A stretch of 24,000 nt of DNA, from positions 60,379 through 84,378 of the forward strand of contig JAEWBQ010000004.1 of assembly GCA_023391075.1 (NCBI GenBank), in the 5' to 3' direction. The notes under the pieces are model-generated. The model ran no database searches. It had not been told where the DNA came from and saw only the letters and a program-made list of their open reading frames with translations. The DNA is from Candidatus Parcubacteria bacterium (lineage in GTDB: Bacteria; Patescibacteriota; Saccharimonadia; Saccharimonadales; Saccharimonadaceae). The position numbers and the translations under genes were made by a program. Positions 1 to 5,212 of the stretch are shown in pieces (the stretch's first letter is position 1; each line of letters opens with the position of its first letter).

Positions 1-42
1 CGGATCTTGCGGGTAATCTCCCGTTTGTAATCGTTCGGACAT
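1..42 (-). CDS. 5' end of an unidentified gene running off the left edge (MSERLQTGDYPQDP...)
   Basis: ATG at 42..40 is preceded by AAGGAG (rc of 48..53) with a 5-nt spacer. The frame stays open to position 1. Only 14 codons are visible, so no product can be assigned. Confidence 0.35.
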   Translation of the reverse strand, partial: MSERLQTGDYPQDP

Positions 43-91
43 AGCAACTCCTTGTTGTAATTGCCCAGTATGTCAAATTATGGGCTGCTAT

Positions 92-128
92 GCAACAAAA
101 ATATGCCACTCGAGGTAGAGTGGCATAT
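92..128 (-). terminator. Rho-independent terminator after the first SPW-like gene
   Basis: An 11-bp stem (atatgccactc 101..111 with gagtggcatat 118..128) has a 6-nt loop. On the minus strand it is followed by TTTTTGTTG (92..100). Confidence 0.6.
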
Positions 129-144
129 TCGAAGCTGACGCTGA

Positions 145-522
145 TTACGCGCGCTGAACGGCAGTTTCTGGCTGAGTTTTCGAAAACAGCACGACCAGGA
201 TGACTGCGATACCGACAGCGACGTGTGGCACCCAAACGTTCCAGGCCTGACCCGCGAAGCCAAACAGCCATGGTGACAGCAGCAGGAAGAGCGATGCTAC
301 GACATCAATAATTAGGTGCACAGGCATACCGATAACCTTGACGAGTCCCCATTCATAATTAGTGAACAGACTGTACAGGAAGAGGCCGATACCCAGGACA
401 ACCGGGATGACAACCGCTGGGCCGCCTACTGATGAGAAGCCGAAAATCATTGGGGCAAACATCAGGGCAATGGCAACCACGTAATCGAGGACACCGTGAA
501 CTTTGGTAGGAATAAAACGCAT
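145..522 (-). CDS. SPW-repeat-like 4-TM membrane protein, paralog 1 (125 aa)
   Basis: The start was moved to the internal ATG at 522, which has AAGGAG 8 nt upstream. The protein is MRFIPTKVHGVLDYVVAIALMFAPMIFGF...LLLSPWLFGF. The two halves look like an internal duplication, and there is an SPW motif in a TM helix. It is about half identical by eye to the 1290..1709 product. Confidence 0.8.
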   Translation of the reverse strand: MRFIPTKVHGVLDYVVAIALMFAPMIFGFSSVGGPAVVIPVVLGIGLFLYSLFTNYEWGLVKVIGMPVHLIIDVVASLFLLLSPWLFGFAGQAWNVWVPHVAVGIAVILVVLFSKTQPETAVQRA

Positions 523-551
523 ATATTGCTCCTTATTTAAGTTATGTGGCA

Positions 552-594
552 ATCATAGCGCGGCCAGCGCCAGGAGTTTGTAAGGAATATTACG
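552..594 (-). promoter_or_regulatory. Candidate promoter of SPW paralog 1: -10 TATGAT plus a Crp/Fnr-type box centred near -41.5
   Basis: On the minus strand TATGAT is rc of 552..557. After a 21-nt spacer (558..578) comes the box 579..594, which reads TGTAAggaataTTACG on the plus strand. The same layout recurs at 1740..1782. Confidence 0.45.
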
Positions 595-603
595 GACAAG
601 CCG

Positions 604-609
604 TATAAT
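604..609 (+). promoter_or_regulatory. -10 TATAAT of the Crp/Fnr regulator gene (leaderless geometry)
   Basis: TATAAT at 604..609 is followed by 6 nt (actggt) and then ATG at 616. No SD and no convincing -35 are present. The box at 579..594 occupies the -37..-22 region. Confidence 0.5.
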
Positions 610-615
610 ACTGGT

Positions 616-1239
616 ATGGATAATATCGACTTTGTCAAAGCCTTTCCTCTCCGGCCGTTCACTAAGGGCGAAGTACTCCTCAGTGAAGGCGACGCCGCGC
701 ATACGCTGCTTGCCATACAGACCGGATACGTTAAAGTAAGCGCGATTGACGACAGCGGCAGCCAAAAGTTGCTATGGATTGCGGGGCGCTACGACGTCAT
801 ACCGGTCGAGCGTATGTTCAGCATGCGGACGAATCTACGTTATTTTTATACCGCCCTCAGCAATGGCGCTGCCTACCATGTCGACAAGCAGACCTTCCTA
901 GACAAGGCAGCCGACTCCCCTGCGCTCATGACAGAAATCGCCCGTGGCATCAGTCAGCACTACGACGAGCTGCTCGAACGGCTGCAAGGCGCGGGGCACC
1001 TGACTGTCCGCGAGCGCTTGATTGCAGTCCTTCGCTACATTGTCCAACATTTCAGCAGCGACACTACTGTTGATTTGTATGAGCTCGGCCTGCGCCTAAC
1101 TCATCAAGATCTTGCCGACATGATCGGCACTACCCGCGAAACCACCTCGCTCACTCTGGCCCAGCTCAAGCGCGAGGGCATGATCGACTACGGCCGGGAT
1201 CATTTCACCATTCATACCGAGCAACTGCTAAGTGCATAA
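616..1239 (+). CDS. Crp/Fnr-family transcriptional regulator (N-terminal cNMP-binding-like domain plus C-terminal HTH)
   Basis: 207 aa. The C-terminal segment THQDLADMIGTTRETTSLTLAQLKREGMI is a typical Crp/Fnr HTH. The N-terminal beta-roll-like region is FTKGEVLLSEGDAAHTLLAIQTGYVKV. There is no FNR-type Cys cluster and no obvious RS/TA cAMP-contact motif. Confidence 0.9.
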   Translation: MDNIDFVKAFPLRPFTKGEVLLSEGDAAHTLLAIQTGYVKVSAIDDSGSQKLLWIAGRYDVIPVERMFSMRTNLRYFYTALSNGAAYHVDKQTFLDKAADSPALMTEIARGISQHYDELLERLQGAGHLTVRERLIAVLRYIVQHFSSDTTVDLYELGLRLTHQDLADMIGTTRETTSLTLAQLKREGMIDYGRDHFTIHTEQLLSA

Positions 1240-1241
1240 TA

Positions 1242-1271
1242 ATACGCCGCTCTTTGTATAGAGCGGCGTAT
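1242..1271. terminator. Hairpin between the convergent regulator gene and SPW paralog 2
   Basis: An 11-bp perfect stem (atacgccgctc 1242..1252 with gagcggcgtat 1261..1271) has an 8-nt loop. The minus-strand tail TTATTATGC is moderately U-rich. There is no U-run on the plus side. Confidence 0.5.
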
Positions 1272-1289
1272 CCATGGAGTAGCGACTGA

Positions 1290-1709
1290 CTACAACGCAG
1301 CGCGTGGATGGCGAGGCGTGTGGTGATGGCGGTGCCACTTGTGATCGGCGGCTTCGGTTTCAGGAGCCGAAATCAGCGTCACGATAATCAGGCCGATGCC
1401 CACGACGATATGCGGCAGCCACGCGTTCATCGCCTGATCGGCAAAGCCGAACAAGAACGGCGACAGCGCCAGAGCTGCGGCCAAGATCACGTCGATCATC
1501 ATGTGATATGGCACGCTGATGAGCTTGACGAGGCCCACTTCGTACTGCGTCAGAACGCTATAGAGCGCCAGCAGGATACCGAAAACGATCGGAATCACTA
1601 CTGCTGCTCCGCCGACGCTGGCGAACCCGAATAGAAACGGTGCCAAAATCAGCGCTAACGCTACTACTAAATCAATTATTCCATGTATTTTTGTCGGTAT
1701 CACTCGCAT
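1290..1709 (-). CDS. SPW-repeat-like 4-TM membrane protein, paralog 2 (139 aa) with a His-rich C-terminal tail
   Basis: The start was moved to ATG at 1709, which has AGGAGG 5 nt upstream (rc of 1715..1720). The protein is MRVIPTKIHGIIDLVVALALILAPFLFGF...ALSPFLFGF and ends DHKWHRHHHTPRHPRAAL. Confidence 0.8.
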   Translation of the reverse strand: MRVIPTKIHGIIDLVVALALILAPFLFGFASVGGAAVVIPIVFGILLALYSVLTQYEVGLVKLISVPYHMMIDVILAAALALSPFLFGFADQAMNAWLPHIVVGIGLIIVTLISAPETEAADHKWHRHHHTPRHPRAAL

Positions 1710-1739
1710 AGATCCCTCCTGGTTACCCTTTGTGCCTCT

Positions 1740-1782
1740 ATCATATCCCGGCCATATTAAGGTGTATGTTAAGTATTTTACA
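1740..1782 (-). promoter_or_regulatory. Candidate promoter of SPW paralog 2: -10 TATGAT plus a Crp/Fnr-type box centred near -41.5
   Basis: On the minus strand TATGAT is rc of 1740..1745. After a 21-nt spacer (1746..1766) comes the box 1767..1782, which reads TGTTAagtattTTACA on the plus strand. Confidence 0.45.
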
Positions 1783-1785
1783 TAT

Positions 1786-1813
1786 ATCAAAAACCGCCCG
1801 AATGGGGCGGTTT
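1786..1813 (-). terminator. Rho-independent terminator of rpsL-rpsG
   Basis: The stem pairs aaaccgccc (1791..1799) with gggcggttt (1805..1813) around a 5-nt loop. On the minus strand a T-run follows (TTTTTGATAT). Confidence 0.75.
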
Positions 1814-1832
1814 AAGACTGCGCGGGTTGTGA

Positions 1833-2312
1833 TTAGCCGCGGGCAAAGTGCGCGAATGCGCGGTTGGCTTCGGCCATCTTGTGTGTGTCTTCCTTCTTCT
1901 TGAAGGCTGCACCGGCTTCGTTGTAAGCATCAACGATTTCGAGTGCGAGACGCTGAGAGTATGGCATGCCGCTACGAGCGCGAGCTGACTGCACAAGCCA
2001 TGAGAATGCGTAATGCATCTGGCGGTGACCAGAAACTGGGAATGGAATCTGGTAGTTTGCGCCACCGACACGGCGTGACTTAACTTCAAAGTTTGGCGAA
2101 ACGTTCTTGAGTGCCTTTTCGAACACTGCGAGTGGATCTTCGCTATCGACTTTCTTAGCAGCGACTTCGAGTGCGGTGTAGACAGCACGCTCAGCAACAA
2201 GCTTCTTGCCGTCAAGCATCGACTTGTTGATCAGGCGCTGGACGAGCGGGCTCTGGTACTTGCGGTCTGGCTTTGGTACGCGAACGAGCGATTTGGTTAC
2301 TTTACGAGGCAT
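1833..2312 (-). CDS. rpsG: 30S ribosomal protein S7
   Basis: 159 aa, MPRKVTKSLVRVPKPDRKYQSPLVQRLINKSMLDGKK...NRAFAHFARG, a canonical S7. Its AAGGAGGA SD lies inside the rpsL 3' end. Confidence 0.98.
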   Translation of the reverse strand: MPRKVTKSLVRVPKPDRKYQSPLVQRLINKSMLDGKKLVAERAVYTALEVAAKKVDSEDPLAVFEKALKNVSPNFEVKSRRVGGANYQIPFPVSGHRQMHYAFSWLVQSARARSGMPYSQRLALEIVDAYNEAGAAFKKKEDTHKMAEANRAFAHFARG

Positions 2313-2314
2313 GA

Positions 2315-2728
2315 CTACTTGTCCTCCTTCTTAGCACCGTACTTCGAACGGCCCTGCTTGCGCTTTGAGACACCCTGGAGGTCCAGTGCACCACGAACGA
2401 TGTGGTAACGAACACCTGGAAGGTCTGGCACGCGACCACCACGCACGAGCACAACGGCGTGCTCCTGGAGGTTGTGGCCTTCACCACCGATATAAGCCCA
2501 AACTTCCTGACCGTTGGTCAGACGAACACGAGCAACCTTGCGGAGTGCCGAGTTAGGCTTCTTTGGTGTCTTGGTGGTTACCTTGATACAGACACCACGC
2601 TTCAGCGGAGCATCTTGATCGTAGTAACGAGTCTTGAGTGCGTTGTGGATGCGACCAAGTGCTGGAGACTTCGATTTCTTCGCAGCAGTCTTGCGTGGCT
2701 TACGCACGAGTTGGTTGATAGTTGGCAT
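2315..2728 (-). CDS. rpsL: 30S ribosomal protein S12
   Basis: 137 aa, [13 protein letters not shown]...[20 protein letters not shown]...[18 protein letters not shown], a canonical S12. The SD is ACAGGAG, 5 nt upstream of the ATG. Confidence 0.98.
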   Translation of the reverse strand: MPTINQLVRKPRKTAAKKSKSPALGRIHNALKTRYYDQDAPLKRGVCIKVTTKTPKKPNSALRKVARVRLTNGQEVWAYIGGEGHNLQEHAVVLVRGGRVPDLPGVRYHIVRGALDLQGVSKRKQGRSKYGAKKEDK

Positions 2729-2881
2729 GAAAACTCCTGTTGTTCATGGTTAATGAGACGAGATTGTCTCTGGTTTTATGGGTTGGCCTCAGCATGACCG
2801 CGCCATCTTTACTCTTCGGCTGCCTATCGTGTGTACACATTCTCTCACGGCTAGACTCCAAAAAGTGGAAACTCATCTAAT

Positions 2882-2910
2882 ATCGTAGCAGATTAAGGTA
2901 ATTATTTCAA
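2882..2910 (-). promoter_or_regulatory. Candidate rpsL promoter (TTGAAA-17-TACGAT)
   Basis: On the minus strand the -35 TTGAAA is rc of 2905..2910 and the -10 TACGAT is rc of 2882..2887, with a 17-nt spacer. The same hexamer pair sits upstream of tRNA-Leu(CAG). This implies a leader of about 146 nt. Confidence 0.45.
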
Positions 2911-2920
2911 GATATGAAGG

Positions 2921-2970
2921 GAGCCCGGAGGCTCAACGAAGGGATTACCTTCGCGGGCCTTCACGGGCTC
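2921..2970 (-). terminator. Compound hairpin after island ORF F (T1)
   Basis: The outer stem pairs gagcccg (2921..2927) with cgggctc (2964..2970). The inner stem pairs cgaagg (2937..2942) with ccttcg (2948..2953). The tail CCTTCATATCTTG is only weakly U-rich. Confidence 0.4.
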
Positions 2971-2995
2971 AGGAACCGGCACGTACGCCGGACCG

Positions 2996-3280
2996 TCATG
3001 CCGGCTGCGGCGCAGCTGCCTTTGGGGCGGCCTGCGCCAACACGTTCGACAAACCGCACTTTGCAAGGCGCAAGCTTGCCGAGGTAGTTGCCTCGCACAG
3101 AGCATCGAGCACGGCCAGGGCGTCCTCGTAGTGCTTGTGCTCAAGGGCGGTTTCGACCTTGCTGCAGGCTTCGGAATGAGCCTCCCGATGCGGCTCGAGG
3201 CGGAACCTCACGTCGGCAACGGCAGCGGCGATGTTTGCCTGGGCCTGCCGGCGCTCTCCAACTGCATCAAAAGCTTTCAC
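2996..3280 (-). CDS. Island ORF F: hypothetical 94-aa Ala-rich, probably helical protein
   Basis: GTG start at 3280 with AAGGGG 6 nt upstream. Third codon positions are GC-rich. No domain is recognisable by eye. It has flanking signals in the same orientation (a weak promoter and terminator T1). Confidence 0.5.
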   Translation of the reverse strand: MKAFDAVGERRQAQANIAAAVADVRFRLEPHREAHSEACSKVETALEHKHYEDALAVLDALCEATTSASLRLAKCGLSNVLAQAAPKAAAPQPA

Positions 3281-3328
3281 AAGATTCCCCTTGTCTGTGT
3301 GCGGTCGCGGTGTTGCGATTCCTTTCCT

Positions 3329-3357
3329 AGCCTACGCCCCTCCTCACTAGGGGTCAA
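3329..3357 (-). promoter_or_regulatory. Weak candidate promoter for ORF F (TTGACC-17-TAGGCT)
   Basis: The -35 TTGACC is rc of 3352..3357 and the -10 TAGGCT is rc of 3329..3334, with a 17-nt spacer. There is an AT-rich stretch upstream. Confidence 0.3.
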
Positions 3358-3380
3358 ATACAAAATTTACAGCGTTATGT

Positions 3381-3441
3381 GGAAAACGAAAAGAGCCCGG
3401 GAAGAGCCATCTGCGACCATAGTCGCGGACTCTTTCCGGGC
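3381..3441 (-). terminator. Compound hairpin terminator after island ORF E (T2)
   Basis: The 12-bp outer stem (3395..3406 with 3430..3441) has one mismatch. The inner stem is ctgcgac/gtcgcgg (3411..3428). On the minus strand CTTTTCGTTTTCC follows. Confidence 0.55.
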
Positions 3442-3445
3442 ACAC

Positions 3446-3799
3446 CTACTGCTTGACGAAGTGTTGCTCAAGCAGATTTGCCAGGTCGGCGTGACCCTGC
3501 CTGCGCAGGTGCCGAGCAGCCCACTGGTATTGCTCATCTTCGAAGTACTGAAAACACAGTTCTTCGATGGCAAACACTTGGGCGAAATGCTCGATTTGCC
3601 GATCAGTCAGGCGGCCATTGCTGACACGCCGAACCTCCTCTTGCGCTCGTTGCGTACGCTGCTGGCGGGCGTTAATGTTTTCCATAACCTTCCCCCGTGG
3701 CTTGACTCCACAGCGCTCTACGGCTGGCGAGGTTGGTTTCACCTCCTTACGCCGTCTGCGCTTCAGCTTTTCCGTCGTTGAGCTCCCCAGCTTGCCCAT
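3446..3799 (-). CDS. Island ORF E: hypothetical protein (117 aa from ATG 3799; alternative 79-aa form from ATG 3685)
   Basis: The N-terminal region is basic (KLKRRRRKEVKP) and the C-terminal part looks helical. The alternative start at 3685 has GGGGGAAGG just upstream. The long N-terminal extension in the ORF track (to 3907) runs into terminator T3 and was rejected. Confidence 0.45.
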   Translation of the reverse strand: MGKLGSSTTEKLKRRRRKEVKPTSPAVERCGVKPRGKVMENINARQQRTQRAQEEVRRVSNGRLTDRQIEHFAQVFAIEELCFQYFEDEQYQWAARHLRRQGHADLANLLEQHFVKQ

Positions 3800-3904
3800 T
3801 GCATATCTTTCTGTCTCGTAGGTGCATGACACACGACCGCACGGTGTGGCCGAGCTGCCACTAGGATAGTCCTGCGCAACGAGAAACACAATAGGTTTTG
3901 ATCC

Positions 3905-3966
3905 CAAAAATCGAAACGCCCGCCGAACCAGCTGCTACTGGAATTCAGTAGGCGATTCGACGGGCG
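3905..3966 (-). terminator. Compound hairpin terminator after island ORF D (T3)
   Basis: The 11-bp outer stem (3917..3927 with 3956..3966) is fully paired only in the minus-strand RNA, through one G-U pair. The inner stem is ctactg/cagtag (3935..3951). On the minus strand GTTTCGATTTTTGGG follows. Confidence 0.6.
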
Positions 3967-3983
3967 GATGCCCAAGGGTGGTG

Positions 3984-4136
3984 TTACGACTCATTCTCAT
4001 CTGAATCATCGACGTCTGACTCCGGCTGTTCACCGGTTTCTTCCCGGTCAAGCCATTCTTCCGCCTTCGGAGCTTCACTGGCATAGAAACCAAATCCGCT
4101 TGGAGGCGTGAAGAGCTCGGGCTTATACCCTGCCAT
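3984..4136 (-). CDS. Island ORF D: hypothetical 50-aa strongly acidic protein
   Basis: ATG at 4136 overlaps the ORF C stop as TAATG, and AAGGAG lies 5 nt upstream. The protein is MAGYKPELFTPPSGFGFYASEAPKAEEWLDREETGEQPESDVDDSDENES. The upstream 28 codons in the ORF track were rejected. Confidence 0.5.
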   Translation of the reverse strand: MAGYKPELFTPPSGFGFYASEAPKAEEWLDREETGEQPESDVDDSDENES

Positions 4137-4474
4137 TACTTCTCCTTCTCGAGGATGAGATCGAACGTACGACACACAAGCTCGATCTCTTCGTTGATTT
4201 TCCCGATGCGACCCTCGCACGTCTGACGGCGAGAGCGCAGCGCTTCGTTGGGAGGAGGCGTCGGGATAAACGTCAGACGCACCCTGAGCCGACGGCGGAG
4301 CAGCACGAGGATCCGGATGAGGTCTTCGGGCGTGGAGACGGCGAGCAAATCCTTACTTGTGACCTCGCACACCGTGTGGTACCTGCCGTACACGACGCGC
4401 TTCAAGTAAGCAAGCTTTTCTTCACGTGTCGCTTCGTCGCTGACCCGCCCGACAGGCAGGGTATGCAGAGACAT
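4136..4474 (-). CDS. Island ORF C: hypothetical 112-aa protein
   Basis: ATG at 4474 has GAGAGGAAG 7 nt upstream and sits behind a near-consensus promoter. The protein has an Arg-rich middle (LLRRRLRVRL). No domain is recognisable. Confidence 0.55.
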   Translation of the reverse strand: MSLHTLPVGRVSDEATREEKLAYLKRVVYGRYHTVCEVTSKDLLAVSTPEDLIRILVLLRRRLRVRLTFIPTPPPNEALRSRRQTCEGRIGKINEEIELVCRTFDLILEKEK

Positions 4475-4519
4475 GAGTGTACTTCCTCTCAGTAGTAGAA
4501 ACCGCTTGGGACTTTGTAA

Positions 4520-4548
4520 ATTATATCACACTTTCGCTTATTTATCAA
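4520..4548 (-). promoter_or_regulatory. Near-consensus sigma70-type promoter for ORFs C-D (TTGATA-17-TGaTATAAT)
   Basis: The -35 TTGATA is rc of 4543..4548 and the -10 TATAAT is rc of 4520..4525, with a 17-nt spacer. A TG extended -10 dinucleotide is present. Confidence 0.6.
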
Positions 4549-4552
4549 TGCT

Positions 4553-4612
4553 CAGAAAAATGAAACGGCCCGCCGAGCGGGCCTGAGTTTTGGTAAACTC
4601 GGCGGCCGTTTC
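4553..4612 (-). terminator. Compound hairpin terminator after island ORF B (T4)
   Basis: A tight hairpin ggcccgc-cga-gcgggcc (4568..4584) competes with a longer stem, gaaacggcccgccgag (4562..4577) with ctcggcggccgtttc (4598..4612). On the minus strand GTTTCATTTTTCT follows. Confidence 0.6.
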
Positions 4613-4626
4613 AGCGGGCGATTGCC

Positions 4627-4845
4627 CTAGAGCTCGAGGTGATCGTACTTGCAGACCTGGGTCAGGAAGCGGTACAGTTCACGCTTGAGCGTGTTGTTCG
4701 GATTTCCAACCATTCTGTAGTAACCGATCATCTGATCGATCTTCTGCTGGTTGGTACGGTTCTTGTCGAGGCCGGGGACCTTCGCAGAGAAATACGCGAC
4801 TCCCTCGTCGAACGTCATAGCAGCAACATCTTTGGAGCGTGGCAT
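4627..4845 (-). CDS. Island ORF B: hypothetical 72-aa protein
   Basis: The start was moved to ATG at 4845. AAGAGG lies immediately after the ORF A stop, leaving a 10-nt gap. The protein is MPRSKDVAAMTFDEGVAYFSAKVPGLDKNRTNQQKIDQMIGYYRMVGNPNNTLKRELYRFLTQVCKYDHLEL. Confidence 0.5.
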   Translation of the reverse strand: MPRSKDVAAMTFDEGVAYFSAKVPGLDKNRTNQQKIDQMIGYYRMVGNPNNTLKRELYRFLTQVCKYDHLEL

Positions 4846-4855
4846 AGTGCCTCTT

Positions 4856-5146
4856 TCAGTCGGTTGAGTACATGGTTTTGAGCTGGAGCAGGAAGTCGCC
4901 AAGACGCTTCCATTCTTGCTCCCAATGGCGATGCTCCTGCTCGCTGCCTGCATGAATCAGGCGGTGATAGAAATACACCAACAATGCTTCGAGCTCACCG
5001 ATAAGCTCATCAATCGTCGTCACACAGACAAGGCTTGACTGGTGACTGCGATACCGATCAACGGTACGCTGGATAATCCGATGAGGTTCGGGGCGAACAT
5101 CCTTTTGGACGCGTGCCTCAACCTCCTCGTAGGACAGGATGGACAA
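4856..5146 (-). CDS. Island ORF A: hypothetical protein of about 96 aa, probably helical
   Basis: The proposed start is TTG at 5146, 4 nt after AAGGAG (rc of 5151..5156) and downstream of the predicted TSS. The ORF-track start at 5212 and the ATG at 5203 both lie inside the promoter and terminator sequence. The start is uncertain. Confidence 0.45.
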   Translation of the reverse strand: MSILSYEEVEARVQKDVRPEPHRIIQRTVDRYRSHQSSLVCVTTIDELIGELEALLVYFYHRLIHAGSEQEHRHWEQEWKRLGDFLLQLKTMYSTD

Positions 5147-5183
5147 TGTTCTCCTTTGGTATTCACCATTAAGGCTAATTACT

Positions 5184-5212
5184 ATTATAGCAGAAATAAG
5201 CATAAAAAGCAA
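5184..5212 (-). promoter_or_regulatory. Near-consensus sigma70-type promoter for ORFs A-B (TTGCTT-17-TATAAT)
   Basis: The -35 TTGCTT is rc of 5207..5212 and the -10 TATAAT is rc of 5184..5189, with a 17-nt spacer. The -35 overlaps the U-tract of the rpoC terminator. Confidence 0.6.

Noticed and set aside
558-571. GC-rich near-palindrome GCGCGGCCAGCGCC in the divergent regulator / SPW promoter region
   Set aside because: It is not a true palindrome because of one extra base, and it does not resemble Crp/Fnr half-sites. It is more simply explained as spacer sequence, and part of it (GGCCA) is shared with the paralogous promoter by descent.
1787-2215. 142-aa minus-strand ORF overlapping rpsG in another frame, plus other alternative-frame ORFs over rpsL (2302..2797)
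   Set aside because: rpsG and rpsL are unambiguous, and the alternative frames have no support.
3131-3781. 216-aa plus-strand ORF across the island
   Set aside because: It is antisense to ORFs F and E and reads straight through the T2 hairpin and the intergenic promoter region. It has no SD or promoter, and its composition is low-complexity Leu/Ser/Arg-rich, typical of a shadow frame. The minus-strand ORFs have matching promoters, SDs and terminators.
4856-5146. Possible distant paralogy among island proteins A, C and E (for example an equal 31-residue spacing from RY to RL in A and C, and ELxALLVYFYHRL against DLIRILVLLRRRL)
   Set aside because: Only about 5 identities in 31 positions by eye, which is indistinguishable from chance for helical, Leu/Arg-rich sequence. 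It needs profile or structure comparison before any claim.
2911-5212. Prophage remnant, integrative element or classical toxin-antitoxin annotation for the island
   Set aside because: No integrase, recombinase, transposase, att-like direct repeats or recognisable TA, phage or defence domains are visible. I report the island as unexplained rather than give it a mobile-element or TA label.
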